From Pseudogymnoascus verrucosus (lineage: Eukaryota), in the NCBI GenBank assembly GCA_001662655.1, contig KV460278.1: DNA of 64,000 bases; one strand, written 5' to 3'. The notes beneath the pieces were generated by a model that worked only from the letters and a program-made list of their open reading frames with translations, did not search any database and was not told the DNA's origin. The stretch's first letter is position 1. Each line of letters begins with the position of its first letter. Shown here piece by piece: positions 36,089 through 47,799 of this stretch. The translations under genes and the position numbers were made by a program.

Positions 36089-37288
36089 ATGGCTTCTAGG
36101 AGACAAAATGTTCCCCTGTCGGAACTCCTTAATGGGGATGATAGGGGGGCGCCACAACAGCCTCATCAGGAGGCCCCTGCCTACTTCCCACAACAGCCCC
36201 GTCAGGATGCTACTGCCCACTTCCCCCAACAACCTCGTCAGGAGGCTACTGCCCACTTCCCACAACAGCCTCATCAGGAGGCTGTTGTGGGAAGTAGGTC
36301 TCCAGCCTGGGCTGCCCACAGACAGGCAGCACGGAGGGGGAAGGCCATAGAGGCTGTTTGGATAGAGCAGCAGCCTCATCAGGAGGCTGTTGTAGGAAGC
36401 AGATCTCCGGCCTGGGCTGCCTACAGACAGGCAGCACGGAGGGAGAAGGCCGCTGAGGTTATCGGGATAGAACAGCACCCACCAGCCGTACGACAAGTCA
36501 CCTACCAGTCGAGGGGGACCAGTATGCATACTACCCCTCCCCAGATCCAGTCGCATCCCCATGGGGTTAGGCCCCAGATTAATACTGCAACTTTCCAGAT
36601 CCAGTCGCATCCCCATAGAGCTGAGCCCAAGAAAAAGAAGCAATGAGAGTAGGCTCCTCCGGTGTTATCGTTCGAGGAATGGGTCAAGAAGCAGGCAGAA
36701 CCTGCCAAGAAGCCAACGCATCTTGAGCAGCTCATCAGCTTCATGTGTAGCGAGGAGAATCTTCGGCGTGTAGGGTATCGTTTTCGGGCGTTACGGACGA
36801 TATAGGGGTCTGGACCGTTACCAGAAAGCACTCTTAGAGGGGCTTTGATACAGATCAACAAAGACATCTATCGCTGGAGAGCAAATATATGCCAGATTAC
36901 AGCTATTCTCGGCACGTCCAGCATGTCTGATGCAGCGGAGCGGAATGAGACGCTTATAGGCATTTTCTCGGAACGTCGTCGTCATTTGGACGAGAATATT
37001 TTTGAGAATAGATGGGCGAGCTACCGGCATAATATGAAGATGATAGACGGACTCTCGTACCTAGGAGCTACAAGGAATAGTGTGCTTGGGCTGGCGCTGC
37101 TCCTCCCGGAGGAGTTTGACCGGACTAGAAGGGATAAGATAGCGCCAGATATTGGCGAGTTGGGGAGTATAGTGAAGGTGCGTGAGCTCCTCGAGCTTGC
37201 CCATGAACTTGTCCCATATGTAATTTGGGTTTTGAATGGGTCGTCAGAGAATGCACCTCCACCATTGCAGGGCATAGAGGTGACGTGA
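36089..37288 (+). pseudogene. Repeat-containing ~399-codon orphan gene interrupted by three in-frame stops (probable RIP victim)
   Basis: ORFs 36089-36646 and 36845-37288 share a frame, and the spacer reads as protein (APPVLSFEEWVKKQAEPAKKPTHLEQLISFMCSEENLRR). Stops are TGA 36644, TAG 36650 and TAG 36803. Confidence 0.75.
36150..36618 (+). repeat. Coding tandem repeats: 33 bp (HFPQQPRQEAT-like) x3-4, 105 bp x2, and a QIQSHPH duplication at 54-bp spacing
   Basis: Visible in both the DNA and the translation. Confidence 0.9.
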
Positions 37289-37809
37289 CTTAGGTGGGAT
37301 TTAGATTGCGAGAAAGAGAGGCTGGTCATCAGTTTAGCGGTTTAAGAAGTGATGTTCGTATGCAATATACTAGTATATTAAGAATATCCCGGCTCAACAA
37401 GCAGTAGAATCCTTCCGGACAAACGAACCCTGCAATATCAAACTTATTGGTGGGATTTTTGGAGACTCTCCTTGTCAGCTTACAACCGTGATGTCTGAGA
37501 CTTGGTTTTTATGACAAAACTTCCTGGCGATTGTTATCTTTTATGGTTATAGTGCTTAGTGGCATTTAGGCATAAACAATGCTAGAACGGAGTAAGCTTA
37601 ATCTCTCTTGGCCGCTGGGAGTCGGCACGACGCGCTGATACTCGTGGACCGCAGCCTTCACAGACCACGCACTGCCCTGCGCGGTCTGCAGGCTGCCCTC
37701 TCCTTTGGCCATACGGAACCGCAAAGAAGCTGAAGCAGGAAAACAACCAAGTTCCAAACCTCCGTCAATGTTCATAAATAGGTAATTATCAACGCCCATC
37801 TCCAAAAGT

Positions 37810-37818
37810 CTATAAAAC
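37810..37818 (+). promoter_or_regulatory. TATA box of the small secreted protein gene
   Basis: CTATAAAA ~105 bp upstream of ATG 37920, followed by a C/A-rich leader. Confidence 0.6.
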
Positions 37819-37919
37819 CCCCCCCCCATCTCCTCCGTCATTTTCCAAAAAACCATCCTCCTCATCATCACATCAACAACCCACACTACCACTCCAAGCC
37901 CCAAACCCCAACAGCAACC

Positions 37920-38237
37920 ATGCAATTCACCACCATCCTCCTCGGCCTCTCCGCCGTCCTCACCACTGTCCTCGCGTCCCCCGTCGATACCTCCGCTGCC
38001 TCTCCGCTCGTCGAACGTGCTTGCGCTTATGACGACTGCGCTGCTTGCGAGGACTATTGCTGGAACGGTGAGTACCCCCTATCATTCCTATACCCAGTCC
38101 TTTCTCAACCCCTATATGTGGTGGAGCAGAATCCTAATATCAAATTAGACATCCCATGCCCTCCTGACCACAACTGCGGTATTAGCCAGGCGACTTGCTT
38201 CATTCTTTGCATTGAGACTGGGTGCTGCGATGCTTAA
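37920..38237 (+). CDS. Small secreted cysteine-rich protein (78 aa; signal peptide, propeptide, 10-Cys mature peptide)
   Basis: Signal MQFTTILLGLSAVLTTVLA-SP; propeptide ending LVER; intron 38068-38148 (GTGAGT...CTAAT...TAG); mature ACAYDDCAACEDYCWNDIPCPPDHNCGISQATCFILCIETGCCDA. Confidence 0.88.
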   Translation: MQFTTILLGLSAVLTTVLASPVDTSAASPLVERACAYDDCAACEDYCWNGEYPLSFLYPVLSQPLYVVEQNPNIKLDIPCPPDHNCGISQATCFILCIETGCCDA

Positions 38238-38982
38238 ATCGGGGGTGTGAAGTTAAGACGTGTGTTGAAACGGGGCGGGCAGGTGGTGAAGTAAATAGAG
38301 GACCAGGGCCGTTGGTTGAGTAGCTGCAGCTATATGAAGACTTGTGTTACTCCTCTTGAAGATGCGTTCTGTAGCTTGCTCTTGACGTGAAGGTTGCAAC
38401 ACACCGATTCTCTCACTGGTATGACCACCGTCAACTCTCGAGCACATAAGCGCCACACTGTCTTATCAAAGGCACACCCACCTGCAAGAGGAGATATTTC
38501 CATACACCTAATCTACAACTCTGCCACTCCGCTCTAGCTAGTAAGCTTATTACGTCCCCCTTCCCTCCCCGCCCCCGCTTTCCCCACAGCAAATAAGCCA
38601 TCAAAAATCCCCATAAATCCCTCTCCCCCTGCATATCCCAGCCACTCTGCACCCCAGTAAATATCCCATGCTCAGCTGCATCCCGTTTCCCATATATTCC
38701 CATTTTACCCGCCCAAGTGTGGAGAAATCTCCTTCCCAATCCTTCAGGTTTCGTAGTAATACACTTACCCCAGCCAGCCGTCCCAGCCGACCCAATAAAC
38801 GCCTTGATGACGCACACACCGGTCATCTTATCAGGGAACCAAGAGGGAATCCGGTATATCCGGGACCCTGCTTGTCTACATCCCTATCTCGTCCCATTCG
38901 ATCCATCTATCCAGCGTCTCTTCAATATAAATCCCCGCTTCTCAGCTGAGAACTTGCAGTGTCAACGGTGAGGATAAGCCCC

Positions 38983-41743
38983 TTACCCTCTACCAGGGGT
39001 ATGCGCGCCCATGAAGACGCCGTCGCCGAAGCCCGTCCCGGACGTGGGATCCATCTGCATCTCCGGCGCATTGGCATCATACACGCCCGGGAAGTAAGGT
39101 AGGCTAGGGTCGACGGCGCTGCCCATCTGAACGTACTGGTCCCAAGCGGCCTAATAACACTACAGTTAGCAAACCACCACTGATAAAAAAACAAGACAGT
39201 CAGAGCTGTAGATTCAAACTCACCCAGTCCAAATTATCAGGCAAGTCAGTCAAACTCGCCCCTCCCCCAACCCCCCAATACTGCCCCAACTCACCCCCTG
39301 CCACCCCCTCCATAGGCGCTCCAAACCCCTCCCCCCATCTCCCCGGACTAGGCGCCACGAACGCCGGCGGCGCCGCAACCCCGCCACTCGACAGCATCCC
39401 CAGCGTCATCGCCGCTGAGTGCTCCGGATGCATCTCCTCATCCACCTCCTGATTCACCTCATTCTGCTGCGCCTTAAGTTTGTCAACCATAATCTTTAGT
39501 ACCTTGGCGCCCTTATACGAGTCCATGCTGGCTGCCTGGTCGCCCTCCCAGATCGCCATCGCGGTTTCTAGGGATGATAGCATGTCGGCGCGCTGCTCCG
39601 CGGTCCAGAAGGTGTGGGGCCCGCCACCGCGGTCATGGTTGAGGTCGAGGGAGACGATCATGGCGCCCAGGAGGAAATCGTGCTTTTGGAGGGCCGTGAG
39701 ACGCCACATCACTTCGCTGATCCTGCCCCCTGGTTGGGCTTCACGGTGCAGTGTGGCCTGGATGCGGAGGAGTGCCATGGCGGCATCAACGGATGCGCGG
39801 CGCGAGTACGTGTACCGGGGATTCGTGCGTGCGCGCGCGATGAAGCGGCGATGGAGGACGCAGATGGTCTTTTGGTGCAGGACTTCGATGTAGAAGCGCT
39901 GGAGGATGAGCGAGGAGGGGTCTAGAGCCGATTCTTCGAGGGATCGGAAGCGGAGGTGTGGTTCCATGGTCATGCGCGCGGAGCGGATGCGGGCGTCCCA
40001 CTTCATGATTGTGTCGTAGGAGGCATGGGGGCCGGAGACGGATTGTGTTTCTTCGATTATGGCTCCTAGCATGAGGACGAGGCGGCCCTTGGCGAGGATG
40101 GAGGACATGGGTGTTGCTTCGGTGGGGGGACGGGCGGGGGGGATAGAGGTGGAGGAGGTGCTGAATTCGTCGTCGAAGATGTTACGCGGGAGTTGGGTGT
40201 CGCAGTCGCAGGACTTGATGAGGTTGGGGAGGGTGAGTTGCGCGGAGAAGATGATGTCGATTTGGCGGATTATGAGCCACACGCGGCGCCGCATCTCGGC
40301 TTCATAGGGGGAGACGCTGGTGAATTGAGAGGCGTCGCGGTGGTATCCCACTGAGGGAGTAGTTAGTTTATTTTTTCTGCAGGGAGGGGGGAGGGAGGGG
40401 TACTTCTCATCGCAACCTGGACGACTGTGCCTACAACGAGATACAGCCCGAAATCGACATCAAGTCTACTACTGTACTCCGCATGTACATACAGAACAAG
40501 CGTCTCGACCGTATACACATTCGGCCTTGTATAATCGCTCGTCGCCAGCGACTGGACCGTCCTTCCCCGATACTCCGCCGCCAGCTCATTCGTCCGCCCC
40601 TTCCACTCCGGCGGCTCATCCCCAACCTTACTATAACTCAGCATCGCTAGCGTCAGCGTCGCATAGAGCAGCCCAATCCACGCCAAACTCTGGCTCTTCG
40701 GGTCCGCGAAAAACGCCTCGAGCCGCTCATGGAACGTCTTGTGGTGCAGCATTTGCACGAACGGATCGAGCGAGTTGAAGAAGCGCGCAATGAGCTTCTC
40801 AATCTTTGCGCGAGGCGGTAGGCCGGCGCGCAGTTCTGCCTCCGTCGCGGGTGCCAGCCCTTGGAATATGAAATCCGGGATCCAGCGCGCGGCGCTCGTT
40901 TCATTAACTTTTTTGTATTGGTTATCGAGCTCGCGTTTGTGGTTGGTGAAGTAATTGCGAACTTCCGCGATCTAGTAACTGTCAGCTCTGTTTCATTCGA
41001 CCGTAACCAGCGCGCCCTGGTGCAGAGCAAAAGCGCTGATAATACGGGGAAAAGCAGACTCACGTCAGCTAACACAAGGTGCCAATGCGAATCTCCAATA
41101 TACATCGTCTTCTCTGTCTCCGCATCGACTTTCAACACCCCAAACGAATTTGCCACTGCGTCCACATCGCTTTCTCCCCCTTCCTCTCCGTCCCCGTCGT
41201 CCTCCTCCTCCTTAATCTTCTCCATCTCCCCATCATCCACCGCTGTGCTCGTACTGGTACTCCCACTCCTCTCGCTCGCCACCGCCGCCACTGCTGCTGT
41301 CGGTCCTGGTGCATTCGAGCCGTTCGTCATTAGTGAGAGAACGAGCCCTTCGAGGCGATCGATCCGGTTCTGCATGTCGTCTGGTGAGGAGCCGGCGGGG
41401 GCAGCTTTGCGACGCGGGCCTGGGGCCGCATAGGCGCAACCAGCAGCGTCACCGCGGCGGATGCAGTTCTCACAGGGGATCGAGCGATTGCATTTCAGTC
41501 TGTTGGTGGGTGGATTAGTCTCTGCTCAAAATACAGTGGAAGTTTGGTGGGGGGAGTTATGAAAGAGAAGTGAGGAATGACGGGTTAAAGAGGGGCCTGA
41601 GACAGCGGGGAGGCAAAAACGCACTTCTTATGCCTACACGGCGCACACGACAACGGGACTCTATTCCTCTTCCTCACCACGCGATACTGCGTATCCGGGG
41701 AATTCCCCGTGGACGACCCCGTCGAAGGGGGCGTCGGCGACAT
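38983..41743 (-). CDS. Zn(II)2Cys6 transcription factor with fungal middle homology region
   Basis: RKRNRVPLSCAPCRHKKLKCNRSIPCENCIRRGDAAGC, coiled coil MQNRIDRLEGLV and MGYHRD...EMRRRVW. Introns 41500-41624, 40972-41063, 40351-40403 and 39151-39223. Confidence 0.92.
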
Positions 41744-43129
41744 GTTCTGTTTTGTGTAGTGACTTTCTCGTTCCGGTCGTAGGTAGATATGCGCAGATGC
41801 CGTATCTATGCGCACAGGTGGCGAAGCCTGTAATCTCCCTACAGTAAATGTGCTTTCTCGATCTTAAGAATTTGCGCGACAAATGCTGCTTGCTGCTTGT
41901 GAGTGGTACGGGCGCAAGGCAGATGCGCTACGTTTCCTCTCCACTCTCTTATCGTGCGTCGCAGGTTATGCGCCCGTCCTTCGATGCTGTACTGCCTGAG
42001 CCTATGACCTCGTAGACGTCGTAAATAGGATCGAAGATGCGAATATCGAGAATCGAGAATCGTAAGAGTAGTAAGAGAAAGAAAGATCGAAATCCCTACT
42101 CTCTCTCATCCAACAACACAGCGGTCGTCAACGTTAGCTCAGCACCCACACACACCCACCACCCAACCCGTCAGATCGCTCAATCCTCCACTCCAATCCC
42201 CACTTACACCAAACTGTTGCGCCAGGCCCCCAACGTCTTAGCGTGTCAGCCCTCCCACCGTGGCTGGCTTTGTCAGCAGGATCCAGATCCTCCCCCATCA
42301 GAAATCCCCGATCCCCGCACCAACACAGCTACTGTAGCCAATCCTGAAAGATTGCATGTGGTACGTGATGACGTCCCCTCTTATTTTTGCTCCAGCCGCC
42401 GGAAAAGTGGTTTATGTTTTAGTTTTTACTGTAGGAAGAGGGGATGGAGGTGAGTCATTCTACGGTTTATTATCGACTACAGGTAACCAGTGATGGGCGA
42501 GTTAGGGGGGAGGAATGATGGGAGGGCTTAACGCCGACCGTTATCGCCGGGTGAGTGGTGCGTGGTGGGTTGGAGAAACAGGTTGTGGTGGTGATGGGCA
42601 GTGGTTGTGGTGGGGAGGTAACGTGATCTATCTAGACGACGGGAACGTGGTGGACGGGATTTATATAGGCGCCGAGAGAACTGTGGGAACTTGTTGGGAT
42701 ATATGATGCACTGAGACTCTATTATATACTGCGATGGCTGTTTAATAATGATTTTTGGGGGCTAGGGAGAGGTGTGAATTCGCATGGTATATTTTAAAAA
42801 AGTGATACCATATTTACAGATTGTGGACAGAAATAAATAAAAGTGATAAAATAACATTACGGTTTTTAGGAATTATGTTTCGAAATGAGGAATAAAACAT
42901 TACTTAACAATATAGACCCCTTCACATTTATATTATAGCATAAGAAGTATCAATATACAAAGACAGCAAAAGTGGCATTGCTACGTGTGAAACTCTCTCT
43001 CTCTACCTATCTGTGGGTAAAACGCGGAGTTTGAGCTTAACTCCACAGACCCTTCCTACACCAACATCCATCTCCCCTGACCATGCTTCTTTAACAGAAA
43101 GCGAGCCGCATACGCCACTCAACCCCGCC

Positions 43130-44697
43130 ATGAAGAGTTTCCAGTTTGTAGACGGCGCAAATATCGACAGTACTGCAAGGAAGTCGATTCGCAGCCATGT
43201 AATGAAAGGCAAGAACGCCCGACGGACCATTCACCGGCAGTCGCGGCTTAATCTCTCCAGCAGTTGGCCACCTCCGAATCACAAGGCCACTCAACGCACT
43301 CTCCAGGGGTCACGCAGAGATGAAGATCCTACCGGCATTTCCATGCAGGTCTCTAGGAACCTCGGAAGCGTATTTCTCACCTTCAGGTTCCCCATCGAGC
43401 TCACGCCGCATTCAATCAAAGTCGTCAACCAATGTGAGCCTAAGCTACCTAGGTAGAAACCTCGAGATAACCACTAAGACGAATCTTAGTCTTCAACCAT
43501 ATAATAGAGAAACTGTACCCTTCCCACTTTGGGTTTTCACCAGATGAAGCTAAGATACAATGGCTAGGCGTTCTTCTCACCGACGAAGGGGGTAAGATTT
43601 GTATCCCAGTCTTGATGTCCATTCTCAGCTAACCACACAATCAGCATCCCACTGCAGTATGGCCCTCATGGAAGCCTGCAACGGATTCTTCCTAGGCGGC
43701 AACCTCAGTTCACCCGAAGCTTTCTACCACGTCTCCCAAACCTTCGTCCTCATCCGGAAGAGGCTAGAGAGCCAGGAAGCACTGTCAGATACGACCATCG
43801 GAATCATCCTCATGCTCATCCTCCAAGAGCAGGTCCGGAAAGAGGACAGAGCTGCTGAAATCCATTATGAGGGCCTGAAGAAGATGGTTGAGTTGCGCGG
43901 GGGACTGGGGCAGTTAGAGCGGAATCCGCCGTTGTTGCTGAAGATTTGCAAGTGCGCAGTACCTACTCCTCCATCAATATGATAGATGCTGACTGACACT
44001 GGTTTGAAGGATTGACATAACGTATGCTCTTCAATCCGGGCAGCCGATGCTGTTTTTCCGCGACTGCTTTTCCAAAGTCCAGAGCACACTTAAATCCAAG
44101 GGATTCGCGCGGAATCGGATCTCAGATATTCCGCCAACTCAGTGTGAGAAGCTGGATCCCTATCTGCGGGATATACTACTTGACGCCTTGGACATTGCTG
44201 CAGTTCTCAATGACTCCGCAAGGGAGGGACATCTCGGACTCATTACATTCCAGGAGATTCTCGTCTCCATCTGCTCACGCTTGATCCACTTCCGCCCTCT
44301 CAAGAGCGACATGTCACTATCTCTAGTGGAAGCGGGATACCACATAGGACTGGTAATCTACACAATGAGCCTCTTCCTACAACACGACCGCCGCCGAATC
44401 ATGGACTACGACCTCGTCACTGTGCGGCTCAAAGAAGTCCTTGATTCCGCCCAAGAGCTCGATGATGATTTAGCGATATGGCTCATGTGCCTTGGTAGTA
44501 TTTGGCTTGCGGATGACCCGTGCAGATTATGGCTTGCCCCGGTGATCAACCAGTTTACGAACAGGACGGGGATTGACAGTTGGTCGGAAGTTCACGATAG
44601 GGTCAGCAAACTCCCGTGGATCAATGCTGTGCATGAGCAGCAAGGTCGCTTGGCGTGGACTTCAGCCTTAGAAGGGTCCAAAGAATGCTTTCATTGA
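43130..44697 (+). CDS. Fungal transcription-factor-domain protein (Fungal_trans_2-like) without a Zn cluster
   Basis: N-terminal FQFVDG...RKSIRSHVMKGKN motif and HYEGLKKMVELRGGLGQL. Introns 43434-43489, 43592-43644 and 43952-44009 keep the frame. Confidence 0.82.
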
Positions 44698-44746
44698 AGT
44701 ATCTAACAACAGTCACTCATCCATCCAGATGCCACCAACCCCCTCC

Positions 44747-45941
44747 CTACCAAGCAAACTTCTCCCCCACCAGCTCCTCCGACAACCCCCACAACCTCTC
44801 CGCCTCCGCACTCGACACCGCCAACGGATTCGCCCTATCGTTAATCTGACAATCCACCAAATACGCCCCCCAATTCTCCCTCCCACTCCCCTCCCCACCC
44901 CCCTCCCCCGCCCTCAACCCCCCATCAAGCGCGGCCACCAAACTCGTCGCCGCCCCCTGATCTAGACTGCGGAACTTAAACATCCCGCTCGCAAACAACG
45001 CTCCCACTGCCTCAATGGTCTCCTTTGAGGTCGAACGACTCAGCTCCGTCTGCATGATACCTGGGTGCAGACCGACGCTTAGGATTCCGTGCTTTTCGAA
45101 TACACGGGAGTTTAGGCCGATGCCGAAGAGGATGTTGGCTACTTTACTCTGGTTATACCCCTCTAGCGGGAGGTATGAAGCGTCCTCGGGGGAGACGGTG
45201 CCCCATTGCCGATGGACGTCGTAATTAGGCTGCTCAGCCTCGGGGAGGGTTTTATTCACTTTATCGAAATTCACATCACTCCACCGCATGCTCGCAAACG
45301 TTGGTGACAGCGAACTAACATTGATCACGCGCGTCGCACCCTTAGTGCCAGCGGCAGCAGCGGCGGTAGCGGAAGCGATCAGTTTCGGCATGATCAAATT
45401 GGTAAACAGAAAATGCCCGATATGGTTGGTGGCGAAATGTAGCTCGATACCGTCCTCGGACAGCGTGCGGGAGGGGATGTTCATCACGCCTGCGCTGTTT
45501 ATGAGGATGTCGATTGTGGGGATGTCGGACCAGTAGAGGAGCTCAGAGGCGGCGGTGCGGACGGATTTCTGGCTCGAGAGGTCAAGGTTGAGGGGGCGGT
45601 AGTTGACGGTGGGGTAGGAGGACTTGAGAGCTTCGATGCATTCTTGGATCTTTGAAGGATTACGGCCTGCTAGGATGAGATGGGCGGGGGATTGGGAGGC
45701 CTGGGTTGTGTGGGCACGCTGGGTTAGTGGGATGTTGGATGGGGAAATGGGAGTGGTGAGAGGAAGGGAGAGAAGGGAGGGATGGACATACGAATGCTTC
45801 GGCGGTGGAGAACCCGATGCCATTCTTGTTCACGCCTGTTATGATGATGGTCTTTCCGGTTATTCCAGATGCGAATGCTTTGGCGACCTCGAGGGCTGAG
45901 GTCTGGTCGTTGAACTCGGGATGTGTGGTTGTTGATGCCAT
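44747..45941 (-). CDS. Short-chain dehydrogenase/reductase (retinol dehydrogenase/WWOX-like)
   Basis: IIITGVNKNGIG, ILINSAGVM, FATNHIGHF, NVSS, catalytic YNQSK and LHPG. Intron 45701-45791. Confidence 0.93.
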
Positions 45942-46196
45942 GGTTGTGGTGGTGGAATTGATTGGGGATGTGGTGGTGTTTGAGGGGAGGTGCTATGAGG
46001 AGAATGCGGATTGGGACTGGTGATGAAGGAGGGAAGAGATGGTATAAGATGAGGCAGGAAGGATGCTTTATACTTATAGATGCGCCTTGTTCTCACATCA
46101 TAGACTACGTTGGAAGGTGGTCATGGAATTAACGGAGATATAAAAGGATTTAGCGGGGCTATCCCATTGTATCATTCAAATCATTGCAGTGTTATC

Positions 46197-46682
46197 AGTT
46201 GAATTGCAGTTCCCTCAAAACAGGTTCCAACTAATTCGTACGCATATCCATCCGAATAAACGCATGGGGGCCGACTTTCTCACCTCCAGCCAATGAGAGA
46301 TTAGTTTCCTAATTAGGTTAAGACCCAAAGAGGCTCAAGGCATTGCGGCATATATATATTTGTAGTGTCATATTTGTAGTGTCGGAGGTGAATTACAGTT
46401 CTCTCAAAACAGGTTCCAACTAATTCATTCCATACCCCTCTTAATAAACGCACGGGGGCTAATTTTCATACATGTAGCCAATAAGAGATTGGCTTCCTAA
46501 TCGGGTAAGACCCCAAAGACGGCTTAAAGAATTATGGCATATGCATCATGTATTTGCAATATCGTGGGTGAATTGTAGTTTTCTTTATACCTGGTTCTAA
46601 TTGTATGGTATCTCTCTGAATAAAAGGAGGGGGGGTCAGCTTTCACACGCCCTAGCCAATGAGAGATTATTTCCCCAATCCA
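46197..46682. repeat. Diverged intergenic tandem array, ~180-190 bp unit x ~2.6
   Basis: Units start near 46198, 46387 and 46567 with 'tgaatt..agtt', then 'ggttc.aa.t', 'aataaa...ggggg' and 'agccaat.agagatt'. Confidence 0.88.
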
Positions 46683-46968
46683 GCCAAACACCCCCCAAGG
46701 TATCTCTCAAAGAAACCGCAGGCGAATATGCCAGAAGAATGCCTCAAAGAAAAACCACGCGAGAACACACCAGTAACCCCCCCCTCGCCAAAGGTCTCGT
46801 CAAAGGCCCCCCCCCAAAAAAAACGGCAAAAAAAGACCAAAAATGAAAGGCACAGTACTATCAACGAATCTTCAATTCAAAGAACAAGAAACGTCAAATG
46901 CTCATACTGCACTAAGCCACGAAACGTGGAACAGCCGAAGTGACGTGTAGGGCATCACCGGAAAGGTT

Positions 46969-47070
46969 CCTAGCTGAACGGGGCTCGAACCCGAGGGCTA
47001 GGTCATTGATTACACCCTCCTCCTACAGAGAGTGTGTGGCATCTATACCTTACCGCTTGACCAGGAGGAC
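46969..47070 (-). ncRNA. tRNA-like Pol III element (pseudo-tRNA or tRNA-derived SINE head)
   Basis: A-box-like TGGTCAAGCGG (47063-47053) and B-box GGTTCGAGCC (46991-46982) in a CGGG/CCCG T-arm. No canonical acceptor stem or anticodon arm. Confidence 0.5.
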
Positions 47071-47089
47071 AGGCATCTGTTGTGGTTCA

Positions 47090-47256
47090 TGGGGGGGGGA
47101 GCGCTTAGGGGGCTTTATATAGGGAGGTAAGCGATGGGGGGTGGGTGGGGGTGGTTTTATAAGGGGGTGGAAGGGAAGGGGGGGTTGTGTGGGGGAAAGC
47201 GATCTAAGGGGGCGGGAGGGGTGGGATTATAAGGGGATGGGAAGGGAAGGGGGTTT
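47090..47256 (+). repeat. G-run-rich tract (potential G-quadruplex) containing a ~68-bp imperfect duplication
   Basis: More than 15 runs of GGG or longer; 'aagcgat...ttataagggg..g.aagggaagggg' occurs twice. Confidence 0.7.
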
Positions 47257-47799
47257 ATCACTTTCTGCAGGAGACGGGAAAGTTCGATGACGGCTCAGCA
47301 GCGGGTCAGTAACATCTCAGCGACGTCTCGGCATCATTAGCAACATCTCAGTAGCATTTTTTGAGAACAGGGAGTTTCATCCGATAACAGCTTCGCACAC
47401 CTCATCACATTTAACGTCACGGCAGTAGAAGAATATCATTGATAAAGACAAGGAAGGTGGTATCATTGCGCGCGCGATTTCTCTGTCTCCTACACTCTGT
47501 CTCTGTCGTTGGGTAATAGCACCGCGGTATAACTTCGAATCACAACGAAAAATAAAGATTAACAAAAAATGACTGAGGGGGTATCCGTCCTTCCATCCAT
47601 CCATTCCATTCCAAACAACTCGCCGTCCATAAAACCAATTATCCCCCATCCCCATTATCCATCGCCTTGTTGTCCATTACCCCCATCCCCCAATCATCAT
47701 CTCAGTCGCAGTCGCATTCGAGGGGGTAGCACCCATCACCCGTAGGCAACAGCTCTCACGTAGACCAAGCTAAACCACCCCCTAGTTAGCACACACACC

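Noticed and set aside
37364..37379. 16-bp perfect palindrome AATATACTAGTATATT
   Set aside because: AT-rich, in a TpA-enriched region, and with no matching element end found.
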